A stretch of 64,000 bases of DNA from Actinomycetes bacterium (GTDB taxonomy: Bacteria; Actinomycetota; Actinomycetes; JAHEKZ01), in NCBI GenBank assembly GCA_027118455.1, contig JAJAYZ010000038.1, positions 4,422-68,421 on the forward strand, in the 5' to 3' direction. Positions 9,547 through 18,279 of the stretch are shown piece after piece. The position numbers and the translations under genes are program-made. The notes beneath the pieces were generated by a model. The model saw only the letters and a list, made by a program, of their open reading frames with translations. It had not been told where the DNA came from and ran no database searches. Each line of letters starts with the position of its first letter. Position 1 is the stretch's first letter.

Positions 9547-10544
9547 GCTCATCGCCAGCTCCTGCCGGACGCTTTTCGGATTCTTCTGAACACACCGATG
9601 TCATGGGTGCAGAGTTGGTTTCGATCGCCTTGTGCCTGATCACGTACCGCCGGCCGCGCGGCCTGGGCCAAGCGTTGCAAGGTGTAGGCGGCCTCGAGGT
9701 GGACCCGTCAGAGGTTGACCTGCGACTGGTCGTGGTCGACAACGATCCCTCGGGTTCAGCTGAAGACGTTGTGAAGGACTTCGCGTCGAGGAGTGTCTAC
9801 CCGGTGGCGTATGCGGTCGAACCACAGCAAGGAATCCCTTTCGCGCGCAATCGTGCAGTCCAGCTGGCCGGCGACGTCGATTTCATCGGATGGCTCGATG
9901 ACGACGAGGTGCCCATCGCGGCTTGGCTCAGCTTGCTCGTTGCTGCGTTGCGGTGCAGCCGCGCCGACGTTGTCCTTGGACCATCGGAGCCCTCCCTGCC
10001 AGCCGGCGCCGCTTCCTGGATCGCGGCTGGAGGTTTCTTCGACCGGACGCGGTTCCCTTCGGGCACCGTCATCCCCGCGCACTATGCCCGGACGAGCGGT
10101 GTTCTCGTGCGACGGGCCGCGATGCCCGCCAGACAGACCGCGTTTGTCGAGGAGCTTCGCTTCACGGGTGGATCCGACCGTGAGCACTTCGTAGCGATGG
10201 AGAAGGCTGGTGCCACCTTCGTCTGGGTCGACGAGGCCGTCGTGGTGGAGAAGGTCCCCGAGTCTCGGGCATGCTCGGGGTGGATTCTTCGTCGGGCGTT
10301 CCGGATCGGAAACAGCCGAAGCATCACGTTGGTTCTTCAACACCCGCCCATGGGCAAGCGGGTGAAGCGGGTGGGCGCCGGGGCCACGAAGATGGTGACT
10401 GGATCCTTCGCGGCCCTGGTGGGACTGCCCCGAGGCAAGGGAGCGGCCATGCAAGGACTCTGGAAGACCTGCTACGGAGCTGGGCTGGCTTTCGGAGCGC
10501 TCGGGTATCGATACGACGAGTACCGGAAGCACCACGGGGGATGA
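9543..10544 (+). CDS. Glycosyltransferase family 2
   Basis: LITYRRPRGLGQALQGV..LVVVDNDPSGSAEDV and later DDDE match the GT2 DXD region. The ATG overlaps the ABC gene stop (ATGA), so the two are translationally coupled. Confidence 0.75.
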   Translation: MSSSPAPAGRFSDSSEHTDVMGAELVSIALCLITYRRPRGLGQALQGVGGLEVDPSEVDLRLVVVDNDPSGSAEDVVKDFASRSVYPVAYAVEPQQGIPFARNRAVQLAGDVDFIGWLDDDEVPIAAWLSLLVAALRCSRADVVLGPSEPSLPAGAASWIAAGGFFDRTRFPSGTVIPAHYARTSGVLVRRAAMPARQTAFVEELRFTGGSDREHFVAMEKAGATFVWVDEAVVVEKVPESRACSGWILRRAFRIGNSRSITLVLQHPPMGKRVKRVGAGATKMVTGSFAALVGLPRGKGAAMQGLWKTCYGAGLAFGALGYRYDEYRKHHGG

Positions 10545-11404
10545 CGACGTCGCCGGGTCGACTGCCGACCTTTCTCATCATCGGTGCCATGAAGTCCGGA
10601 AGCACCACGCTCTATAACCACCTGCGTCAGCATCCGGAAGTAATGCTTCCCGACTACAAGGAGCCGGAGTTCTTCGTCGAGGAGAAGAACTGGTCGCGTG
10701 GAGTTGACTGGTATCGGAGTCTGTTCATCGGAGCAGGCGAGGTCACAGCGGTAGGCGAGGCGTCTACCAGCTACACCAAGTTCACTGAATTCGGGGGGGT
10801 ACCCGCTCGGATTGCATCGGTCCTGCCAGACGTACAACTGGTTTACGTGCTCAGGGAGCCCATCTCGCGAATGCGTTCGATGTACCAGCACCAGGTGCTC
10901 ACTCGTAGCGAGTCCCGGCCGATCAATGAAGCGCTCCTCAAGGACGACCGCTACCTGGGCCCTAGTCTCTATGCCGAGAACGCACGCCGTTACCTCGACT
11001 ACTTCCCCAGGGACCGGTTGCATTTCCTGCTGACCGACGATCTCCAAAAGGACCCATCAGCAGCTGTGCGAGGGGTTACCGAGTTCCTTGGTCTACCGGA
11101 CACTCCCGACTTCGTACCGACCGAACGTGTCGATCTGCGGACGAGCGACCGTCGGGCCGACCGTCGGATCAAGTCGCGTGTGAGGGGCCTGGCTGCCGTC
11201 GAGGTCGGATTTCGCAGGGCACCCTCGTCGGTGCAGAACCTGCTTCGCAGGGTGGCAACGCGTCCTTCAACCGCGAGTGGTCCCACCGAGTTGGACCCGG
11301 CAACGGTCGAGGTGTTGCTGGAGAAGGTTCGGCCCGACTTGGAAAACCTCACCAGGATGCTCGGACCCCAGTTCGATGCATGGGGGCTGCTCGACCTCCC
11401 CTGA
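10541..11404 (+). CDS. PAPS-dependent sulfotransferase family protein
   Basis: 5'-PSB loop FLIIGAMKSGSTTL and 3'-PB motif YVLREPISRMRSMYQH are present. The ATG at 10541 overlaps the GT2 stop (ATGA). The ORF track extends the frame upstream to 10271 but that part overlaps GT2 and is not credible. Confidence 0.8.
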   Translation: MTTSPGRLPTFLIIGAMKSGSTTLYNHLRQHPEVMLPDYKEPEFFVEEKNWSRGVDWYRSLFIGAGEVTAVGEASTSYTKFTEFGGVPARIASVLPDVQLVYVLREPISRMRSMYQHQVLTRSESRPINEALLKDDRYLGPSLYAENARRYLDYFPRDRLHFLLTDDLQKDPSAAVRGVTEFLGLPDTPDFVPTERVDLRTSDRRADRRIKSRVRGLAAVEVGFRRAPSSVQNLLRRVATRPSTASGPTELDPATVEVLLEKVRPDLENLTRMLGPQFDAWGLLDLP

Positions 11405-11480
11405 TGTGGGGTGATCAGCCTTGACGAAAGGCACGGCGGCCGACGACAGCTAGACCTACGCTAGACGGGCGGGCCGCACG

Positions 11481-12344
11481 ATGTGGCCGACGACCAAAGG
11501 GGAACCTGTGAAGCTTGAGCAGCGGCTGCGTGGAGCTGTGGCGCCAGGCGCCCGTACCGTGCTCGGAGCGTTGGGGCTTCACTCGGAGCCGAACTTCTTG
11601 ATCATCGGAACGCAAAAGGGCGGGACGACGTCGCTGTACGAGTACTTGATCCAACACCCACGGGTGTGTGCAGCTCGCCGCAAGGAGATCCACTACTTCG
11701 ACCGGTTCGAGAGCCTTGGCTGGGACTGGTATCGCAGTCAGTTTCCGCTCGCCGCGGCGCGACCTGGTGTTGTCACCGGCGAAGCCACGCCCTACTACTT
11801 GTTTCACCCAGACATCCCGCGCAGGGTCGCGGCTGCACTTCCTGAGGTGAAGCTGATCACGGTTTTGCGCAACCCCGCGGAACGTGCTTACTCCCACTAC
11901 CAACACTCGCTGCGGCACGATGTTGGGCTCAAGAGCTTCGAAGATGCCTTGGAGGTGGAGCGAGAGCTCTTGGCCGATCATGGTCTCGAGGAGGGTTTCT
12001 ACGATCGCGACGACTGGCATCGGCACTCCTATGTCACCAGGGGTTACTACGCCGATCAGCTGGAGCACTGGTTTGATCAGTTCCCACGCGGCCGACACCT
12101 CGTGCTCACCAGCGAAGACCTGCGGACTGACCCGGCGACGCAGATCGAACGGGTCGTCGCCTTCCTGGGGCTTCCCGAGTGGCAGCAGGCGACGTTTCCC
12201 TCCCACCATCGCGGTGGCTACTCAGTCGAACCTGGCGATCGTGCGGCCCTCGCGGAGCTTCGTACCCACTATCGGCCGCACAACCAGCGGCTCGGCGACC
12301 TGCTGGGCCAGCACTTTTCACGGTGGGACGACCCCGGCGCCTGA
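11481..12344 (+). CDS. PAPS-dependent sulfotransferase family protein (paralogue of the preceding gene)
   Basis: 5'-PSB FLIIGTQKGGTTSL and 3'-PB TVLRNPAERAYSHYQH are present. Length and architecture are the same as 10541-11404. Confidence 0.8.
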   Translation: MWPTTKGEPVKLEQRLRGAVAPGARTVLGALGLHSEPNFLIIGTQKGGTTSLYEYLIQHPRVCAARRKEIHYFDRFESLGWDWYRSQFPLAAARPGVVTGEATPYYLFHPDIPRRVAAALPEVKLITVLRNPAERAYSHYQHSLRHDVGLKSFEDALEVERELLADHGLEEGFYDRDDWHRHSYVTRGYYADQLEHWFDQFPRGRHLVLTSEDLRTDPATQIERVVAFLGLPEWQQATFPSHHRGGYSVEPGDRAALAELRTHYRPHNQRLGDLLGQHFSRWDDPGA

Positions 12345-12787
12345 CCCCGGCGTGTCGCCCGGGCATCGAGAGCGACACCATCGACAGTAGATGCTGGTGG
12401 GGGCCACTCGACCTGGAGCCGACTCATGTTCGACGCTGGTGCTGTTCTTGTTCTCGCCATTGTTGGTGGCGTGTGTGAGGTCGGGCTCGGGCTTTTGGTC
12501 GGTGGCATGATCGCCCACGGACAGCGTCACTCGCCATCGCAGTGGGAGTCGCACCTGGAGGGAAGTACTTTGAGTAACCGGACAGTCACCGAGCGCTAGC
12601 GAGCGTCGGTGGTCCCGGCCGAGATTGGCCGTTGGTCACTGCACACCCGGTCATTAGGGCATACTGAAGCGGCGCGCCGGCTCAGCTGTCCAGTCACTTC
12701 TGGTCTGTCCGGGTTCGCTCCCGCAATACTCTCGATCAGTGGTCAGCGCTCATACGCGTGCGTTCAGTCACAGCGAATGACAAGGGG

Positions 12788-14866
12788 ATGAGTCACCTGA
12801 GCAGGACTGACCGTCAACGGTCGACAGCACGAGGCACCTTTGGTGCTGGAAGCGCACGACGGGCCATCACCATGGCGACGGCCGCTCTGGTGGCGACGAC
12901 GGGTCTGATGGCCTTGTCTGCACCGGCTGGTGCTACCACTGCCCCGACGACGTATCAAGACCATGTCTATAGCAGTTCCGCCAGCGCACCCTCTTCGGAC
13001 AAGCCCCAGAGCAAGCTCTGGTTCAACGACGGATCCTGGTGGGCGTTGATGCTGGGGTCCTCGAGCGTGAACGTCTACCGCCTGATGCCCGACCACACTT
13101 GGCAGGACACCGGGACGGTCGTAGACACCCGGGCCACCAGCACCGGCGACGCGCTGTGGAGCAATGGAAAACTGTATGTGGCCAGTCGTACCGCTGGGAC
13201 CACAGGCAAGATCCGCATCTACCGCTTCTCCTATTCGGCTACCACCAAGAAGTACACCAAGGACACCGGCTTCCCGGTCTACATCGGCGGCGGTGGTGTC
13301 GAGAGTGTCACCATCGACAGGGACAGCCTCGGCCGGCTCTGGATCACATTCACCCGCGACAAGGCGGTCTGGGTCAGTCACACCACTATCTCCGATGCCG
13401 CCTGGCGCACGCCGTTCCGGATTCCAGGCTACGAAACGGACGGAGTGGCCGCTGACGACATTTCTGCGCTGGTCAGCCTCGGTGGGAAAATTGGGGTTTT
13501 CTGGTCTGACCAGCAATCAGGAAAGTTCAAGTTCGCACTTCACGTTGACACAGATCCCGACACAGTGTGGACGGGGGAGGTTCCCTTTCAAGGCTTCAAC
13601 ATCCCTGACGACCACATGAACATGAAGTCGATGCTTGGCGATGACCAGGGCCGACTGCACATCGCTGTGAAGACGTCGCTCGGTGACAATGGCGAGCCTC
13701 CCGAATCGCCTGGAGTCATTCTCATGACGCGAACGGCAGCAGGGGTTTGGTCCCAGGTGACGGTCGCCACCAAGGGCGACAACCTGACCCGCCCACAGGT
13801 GGTGCTCGACCGAGCGCACCAAGAGCTCACTGTGCTCATGTCCGATGAGTTCGGTGGGAACATCTACTCGAAGACCACGCCCCTCAACAACATCGCGTTC
13901 GCCCCTGGCAAGGGTGACGTCTTCATGTCATGGCCTGGCGCGGCGCTCAACAACGTCAGCACCTCGAAAGACCCGGTCAACGCGACGACGGGAATCGTCG
14001 CCATCGCGACGTCCAACACGGGCAACCGCTACTACCACGCCGAGATGCCCATCGATCCCGTTGCGGATTTGGATCCGCCATCTGTCGTGTCGATGTCACC
14101 CATCGACGGTGCAACAGGCGTGACGTCCACGGTGAGCCCAACGGTGACGTTCTCCGAACCGATGGACCCCAGCACCATTGACGCGAGTGCGTTCACCTTG
14201 GGTGGTCCCTCCGGCTCGGTCGCTGCGAACGTCACCTACGACGCCGCGTCCCGCGTCGCGACCCTCGATCCCACTGCGTCGCTTGCTGCCGGCGCGCCCT
14301 ACACCGCCACGATGAGCACGGGGGCGAAGGACCTGTCCGGGAATGCTCTGCCGGCCCCTTCGATCTGGAGTTTCTCTACCGGCGGAACTGCTGGCGAGAC
14401 AGTGAGCCTCACTCCCACTGCAGACGCGTACGTTTCGAGCGGGGCCTCGTCTTCGAACTTTGGTACGCAGACGTCGCTGATGGTGGACGGAAGCCCAGAC
14501 GTCAAGAGCTACCTCAAGTTCGACCTATCCAGTGTGGCGGGCCGCACGATCCAGTCAGCGTCCCTCTCGGTGCCTGTCACGACAAGCGGATCGGTGGGCA
14601 CTCAGAGTGTCCGGCTCACCGTGAAGGACACCTGGACCGAAGCCGGCATCACCTACGCAAACCGAGTTGGCCTCGACGCAACGGTTGGCACCTTCGGACC
14701 AACGGTGGGCGCCACGACCTACGCGGTGCCGTTGAGCCCCTCAGCCCTGCAGCCCAAGGTTGGCGGCCTCCTCTCCCTGGCGATCAGCTCGTCCAGTGGC
14801 GACGACGTCATCTTCGGCTCTCGGGAAAGCGCCCCGCCCACGCAGTTGGTTCTGGTTCTGCAGTAG
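12788..14866 (+). CDS. Secreted protein: N-terminal beta-rich domain, bacterial Ig-like domain, C-terminal beta-sandwich (carbohydrate-binding-like)
   Basis: Signal peptide MATAALVATTGLMALSAPAGA. An Ig-like segment reads PPSVVSMSPIDGATGVTSTVSPTVTFSEPMDPSTIDASAFTL..AGAPYTATMSTGAKDLSGNAL. The C-terminal part has a YLKFDLSSV motif. ATG at 12788 follows AAGGGG; the ORF opens at 12758. Confidence 0.6.
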   Translation: MSHLSRTDRQRSTARGTFGAGSARRAITMATAALVATTGLMALSAPAGATTAPTTYQDHVYSSSASAPSSDKPQSKLWFNDGSWWALMLGSSSVNVYRLMPDHTWQDTGTVVDTRATSTGDALWSNGKLYVASRTAGTTGKIRIYRFSYSATTKKYTKDTGFPVYIGGGGVESVTIDRDSLGRLWITFTRDKAVWVSHTTISDAAWRTPFRIPGYETDGVAADDISALVSLGGKIGVFWSDQQSGKFKFALHVDTDPDTVWTGEVPFQGFNIPDDHMNMKSMLGDDQGRLHIAVKTSLGDNGEPPESPGVILMTRTAAGVWSQVTVATKGDNLTRPQVVLDRAHQELTVLMSDEFGGNIYSKTTPLNNIAFAPGKGDVFMSWPGAALNNVSTSKDPVNATTGIVAIATSNTGNRYYHAEMPIDPVADLDPPSVVSMSPIDGATGVTSTVSPTVTFSEPMDPSTIDASAFTLGGPSGSVAANVTYDAASRVATLDPTASLAAGAPYTATMSTGAKDLSGNALPAPSIWSFSTGGTAGETVSLTPTADAYVSSGASSSNFGTQTSLMVDGSPDVKSYLKFDLSSVAGRTIQSASLSVPVTTSGSVGTQSVRLTVKDTWTEAGITYANRVGLDATVGTFGPTVGATTYAVPLSPSALQPKVGGLLSLAISSSSGDDVIFGSRESAPPTQLVLVLQ

Positions 14867-14883
14867 CGGTTCCCCGGCTTTCC

Positions 14884-15813
14884 TTACGGTTGCTTGGTAC
14901 CTTCTGGCGGTGGTGCCGAGCGACTTTCACTGAGTTTGGCGAGTTGTCCGTAGGTGCGCAGCACACGCACGTAGGAGAATGCCGTCGCGTACCGGATCTT
15001 GTCGTCGCGCCGGACTGGCTCCGCGGCATGCCAGACCCTGCGCCAGACTGCAGTCCCGGCTCGTAGGTCAGAGAGTGCGGCCCGTGCCAGAGCGCGCTTT
15101 CCGCCAACACCACGGTGTTCGGCGAGCCCCCGTCCCACCCGCAGCGCCTTGCGACCGAGATCTGTCCAAGTCGTACGCGCCGGATGTTCGACGAGCGCGA
15201 GGGGCGCGTAGCCCAGCTTGCCGCCGCATCCTCGAAGACGGTGGCACCACTGCATGTCACCACCGGAACGGAGCGACGAGTCGAAGGGACCAACCTTGCG
15301 CATGGCGTCGGCGCGGACAAAGAGATTGGCGGTCACCGCGAAGCCGTCGCGCTCGATGTAACGCTGTTGGGGGAATCCCTCGACCGATTCGAAGATCTCC
15401 GGAGCGGTCTTCGGCCGGTCACCTCGAAAGGTCATGCGCACGGCCCCTCCTACAGCATCGCAATCGCTGGCGCGCAGGGCGACGATCCCTTCGGCTAACC
15501 AATCTCTGGCCGGAGTGCAGTCAGCATCGGTGAAAGCAAGGACTTCTCCGGTCGCTGCGGCCATCGCGGTGTTCCTGGCTGTGTAAGAGCCCGGACGTGG
15601 TTCGTGGAGCAGCACGAAGCGTGGGTCGTTGGGCATGGATTCTGCAACATCAAGGGTGGATCCGTTGTCGACGACCACCACGAGGACTCGGTCGGGCCGG
15701 TAGGTCTGGTCGAGCAGCGCTTCCGTGCAACGCCGCAAGCCATCTGGGTCGTCGAACACAGGAATCACGACGGTGACGTGCGGATCTTCGGCCATGCAAT
15801 GCACACAACTCAC
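14884..15813 (-). CDS. Glycosyltransferase family 2
   Basis: VTVVIPVFDDPDGLRRCTEALLDQTYRPDRVLVVVVDNGSTL and a downstream FTDADC (DXD) are present. It lies 24 nt downstream of the kinase-like gene on the same strand. Confidence 0.8.
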   Translation of the reverse strand: MSCVHCMAEDPHVTVVIPVFDDPDGLRRCTEALLDQTYRPDRVLVVVVDNGSTLDVAESMPNDPRFVLLHEPRPGSYTARNTAMAAATGEVLAFTDADCTPARDWLAEGIVALRASDCDAVGGAVRMTFRGDRPKTAPEIFESVEGFPQQRYIERDGFAVTANLFVRADAMRKVGPFDSSLRSGGDMQWCHRLRGCGGKLGYAPLALVEHPARTTWTDLGRKALRVGRGLAEHRGVGGKRALARAALSDLRAGTAVWRRVWHAAEPVRRDDKIRYATAFSYVRVLRTYGQLAKLSESRSAPPPEGTKQP

Positions 15814-15837
15814 GAGTGAATCATCACTGAACGATCC

Positions 15838-18114
15838 CTAGGCTGCTTTCGCTCGAGCACGCGCCCAGCGCGAGAACGTGCGGCCGGTCGCTCGGCGTGT
15901 GGTTCGCGCCCCCAATCGAACCTGTCCTTGGATGCGGCGTACTGGTCCGCGAGGTCCTAGGATCGCCCGTTTGGTTCGAAACACGGCGCGGCTCGTGTGC
16001 TGCGACATCGGCGAACCGGATGTGAGCTGGTCTGCCGAGAGCCCGGTGAATGCGAGCCATCGGCGCTCGTAGGAGAGATCGCTGACGGGTAGGTCGTCGG
16101 TGTATCCGGCGGGGACGCCTCGAAAGGCGTAGCTCGATGCGAAGGGTGGCCGATCGTTGGTGTACCGGTGCAGGAACTCGAAGTCGACAATCTTCAGGCC
16201 GGCTCGGTGGTCAAGGATGAAGTTCTGTGGCTTGGCGTCGACGAGATCGAAGCCGTGCTCATGGATCTGGCGGAGGACGTCAACCATGTCGCGCACCAAG
16301 GGGAGGGGCACGAGTTTCCTGGACGTCATGAGTGGTGCCAGCTGATCCCGGTAATAAGGGCAGCTGAACCAGTTGTCCCCGCTTGCGAGGAGAGGTGGGA
16401 CCGCAGCCACCTCGGGGGAGAGCTGCTGCAGTGCCAGTAGCTCTCGTTCCATGTGACGGAGGTAGCCAGCCGCGAAGGTCTTCCGGACGACCCGACCGTC
16501 CGCGCCATCGACGACCTCGACCTTGGCCCGGCGTCCTCGGCTGAGCTGCCTCACGACCGGAACGGTGGTCCGGTAATGCACTCGACGCTGGCCGACGAGC
16601 TCTTGCAGCTCCTCCGCAGCCTGGGGGAGTGCGATGGTCACGTACTCCCAGGCCTCGAGCTCGTTGTCCGACGAGTGGACAGGGTTGAATCGCTCATGCG
16701 CCGAAACCCGAGCAGCCACAAGGTCGCGGACCCGCTCCTTGGCGACGAGAACGTCGTTGTTGGACAGGCGCGGGTATTTGTCGAGTGCCTTTCCGACGGG
16801 GGGAGCCGGCGCATAATGGACGGCCACGACAACTGTTACCGGTCCGCCGCCGCTCACTGGGAAGGGGCCCTGGCCCCAGTTGCCGCCACGTGTTTGTTCA
16901 GCGCAACGCGCCGCGGCAGCTGAGTCGAGCTCAGAGGTCATCAGCACCTCGAACCCGAGGTGATCCAGAAGCGCCAGGACCTCGTCGGTGCCGACCACCG
17001 ATGCGAGTCGCTCTCTGAGCAAGAAGACGGTCGTCTCAGGTGGGATCACCGGCTCTGGCTTCGCTGCGAAGAACTTCGCCTTGATCCACAGATTCCCATC
17101 TGCGAGTCGAACGAGCGTATCCACTGACGGACGCCAGCCCTCACCTGCCAGATATTCATCAACACCGTCGAGGGAAGCATCAAGGCGTACCCCGACCGAC
17201 CGAGCCAGGGATTCGAGGGCTGACTTGTAGTCGTGCTCGGGGTCGGTCACTGTTTCAGCAACGTGCGCTGATGCCAGACCCGAGCTCATTCCCTTGTGGT
17301 AGGCGGCGTGGTAGGCAAGCGAACGGAGATGGTCCAGCGGCGCAGGAACGCGGCAGCCGCTGGAATGAACGACGGCTCGATCGAGCAGCTGACGCGCCAA
17401 CTGCGGGGGGTAGTAGGCCATGTTCTTGTAGTCCGATGACGGCAGGCCGGTTTCGCTGTACAGGTCGAGAGGGATCGTTCCTGGCTCCTCGTTCATCAGG
17501 GTTCCGAAGGCGGCCAGGTGTTCATCTGTGACCAGAACGTCGAGATCTTCGCCCGGCTCCATGTGGGGCAAGTCCTCGAACCAGCGCAGAGCTGCGTACT
17601 GGATTCCGGCGGCATCCAGACGTTGGATCAGCCCCTCTGGACCCCACACGGGCGAGAAGTACCGACGCGTCCTTGGTGGTGCCTGGCGTGAGATCTCCAG
17701 GAGGTCGAAGCGGGTTTCCCCAACATCGAACCTACCCCTGGGCGTGACCGCTCGAGAGAACCGAGCCGCGGTCTTTGCGAGTCGGGTTTCGACGTCTCGG
17801 GCGCTCCACCCGGACTCCAGTGCTACGTAGCGGACGTGGCGAAGCTCACCGACCATCCAGAGCCGTTCGGCAAAGGCGGGTCGAACGATCAGCACGTCGG
17901 TGCTGCATCGGCGGACTTGGTCCGGTGAGGCAAGCTCATGAAAGCGCCGCTCAAGGCCATCTGCCTGCGACCGGACGGTATGCAGCGCCGCTAAAGTGAC
18001 GAGTCCGAGGTAGCGGGTGACGCCATCGGAAGCCAACTCGTGCGCGAGGTCGGGACTCTCAACCCCGAAATCGAGAATGCGCGTCTCAGGTTGGAGGAAG
18101 GTGGGCAACTGCAC
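15838..18114 (-). CDS. Large multidomain protein with C-terminal APH/choline-kinase-like phosphotransferase core; N-terminal two-thirds uncharacterised
   Basis: 758 aa. The C-terminus has the ordered set RVVRKTF (Lys) .. ELLALQQL (Glu) .. FDLVDAKPQNFIL (catalytic HxDxxxxN-like loop) .. IVDFEF (DFE/DWE Mg-binding). This points to a protein-kinase-like phosphotransferase of the aminoglycoside/choline kinase type. The middle region contains GEDLDVLVTDEHL, possibly nucleotidyltransferase-like (weak). Confidence 0.55.
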   Translation of the reverse strand: MQLPTFLQPETRILDFGVESPDLAHELASDGVTRYLGLVTLAALHTVRSQADGLERRFHELASPDQVRRCSTDVLIVRPAFAERLWMVGELRHVRYVALESGWSARDVETRLAKTAARFSRAVTPRGRFDVGETRFDLLEISRQAPPRTRRYFSPVWGPEGLIQRLDAAGIQYAALRWFEDLPHMEPGEDLDVLVTDEHLAAFGTLMNEEPGTIPLDLYSETGLPSSDYKNMAYYPPQLARQLLDRAVVHSSGCRVPAPLDHLRSLAYHAAYHKGMSSGLASAHVAETVTDPEHDYKSALESLARSVGVRLDASLDGVDEYLAGEGWRPSVDTLVRLADGNLWIKAKFFAAKPEPVIPPETTVFLLRERLASVVGTDEVLALLDHLGFEVLMTSELDSAAAARCAEQTRGGNWGQGPFPVSGGGPVTVVVAVHYAPAPPVGKALDKYPRLSNNDVLVAKERVRDLVAARVSAHERFNPVHSSDNELEAWEYVTIALPQAAEELQELVGQRRVHYRTTVPVVRQLSRGRRAKVEVVDGADGRVVRKTFAAGYLRHMERELLALQQLSPEVAAVPPLLASGDNWFSCPYYRDQLAPLMTSRKLVPLPLVRDMVDVLRQIHEHGFDLVDAKPQNFILDHRAGLKIVDFEFLHRYTNDRPPFASSYAFRGVPAGYTDDLPVSDLSYERRWLAFTGLSADQLTSGSPMSQHTSRAVFRTKRAILGPRGPVRRIQGQVRLGARTTRRATGRTFSRWARARAKAA

Positions 18115-18279
18115 GACTCAACGGTACGTCATCCGCCCTGTTTGCGAGGCAGATCGCCCAACGAGTGACCCTGCCCACACCGCCGATCTGGCCTCAGCCA
18201 GCGGCGGTAAGTCGCCGGTCATGGGAGCGGGAGGCTCGGTACGATCAGGAAGACATCACCCCGCTACAAGGAGCGCCCC

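Noticed and set aside
10271-10540. Upstream 90 codons of the first sulfotransferase ORF as listed (starting MLGVDSSSG...)
   Set aside because: This stretch overlaps the GT2 gene in another frame. The conserved sulfotransferase N-terminus starts at the ATG 10541, which overlaps the GT2 stop.
10472-12209. Minus-strand ORFs of 191 aa and 264 aa opposite the sulfotransferase genes
   Set aside because: They are antisense to motif-bearing sulfotransferase genes and are GC-driven stop-codon deserts.
12318-12554. 78-aa minus-strand ORF in the low-GC gap
   Set aside because: No RBS, atypical codon usage and no motif. It is probably non-coding regulatory DNA.
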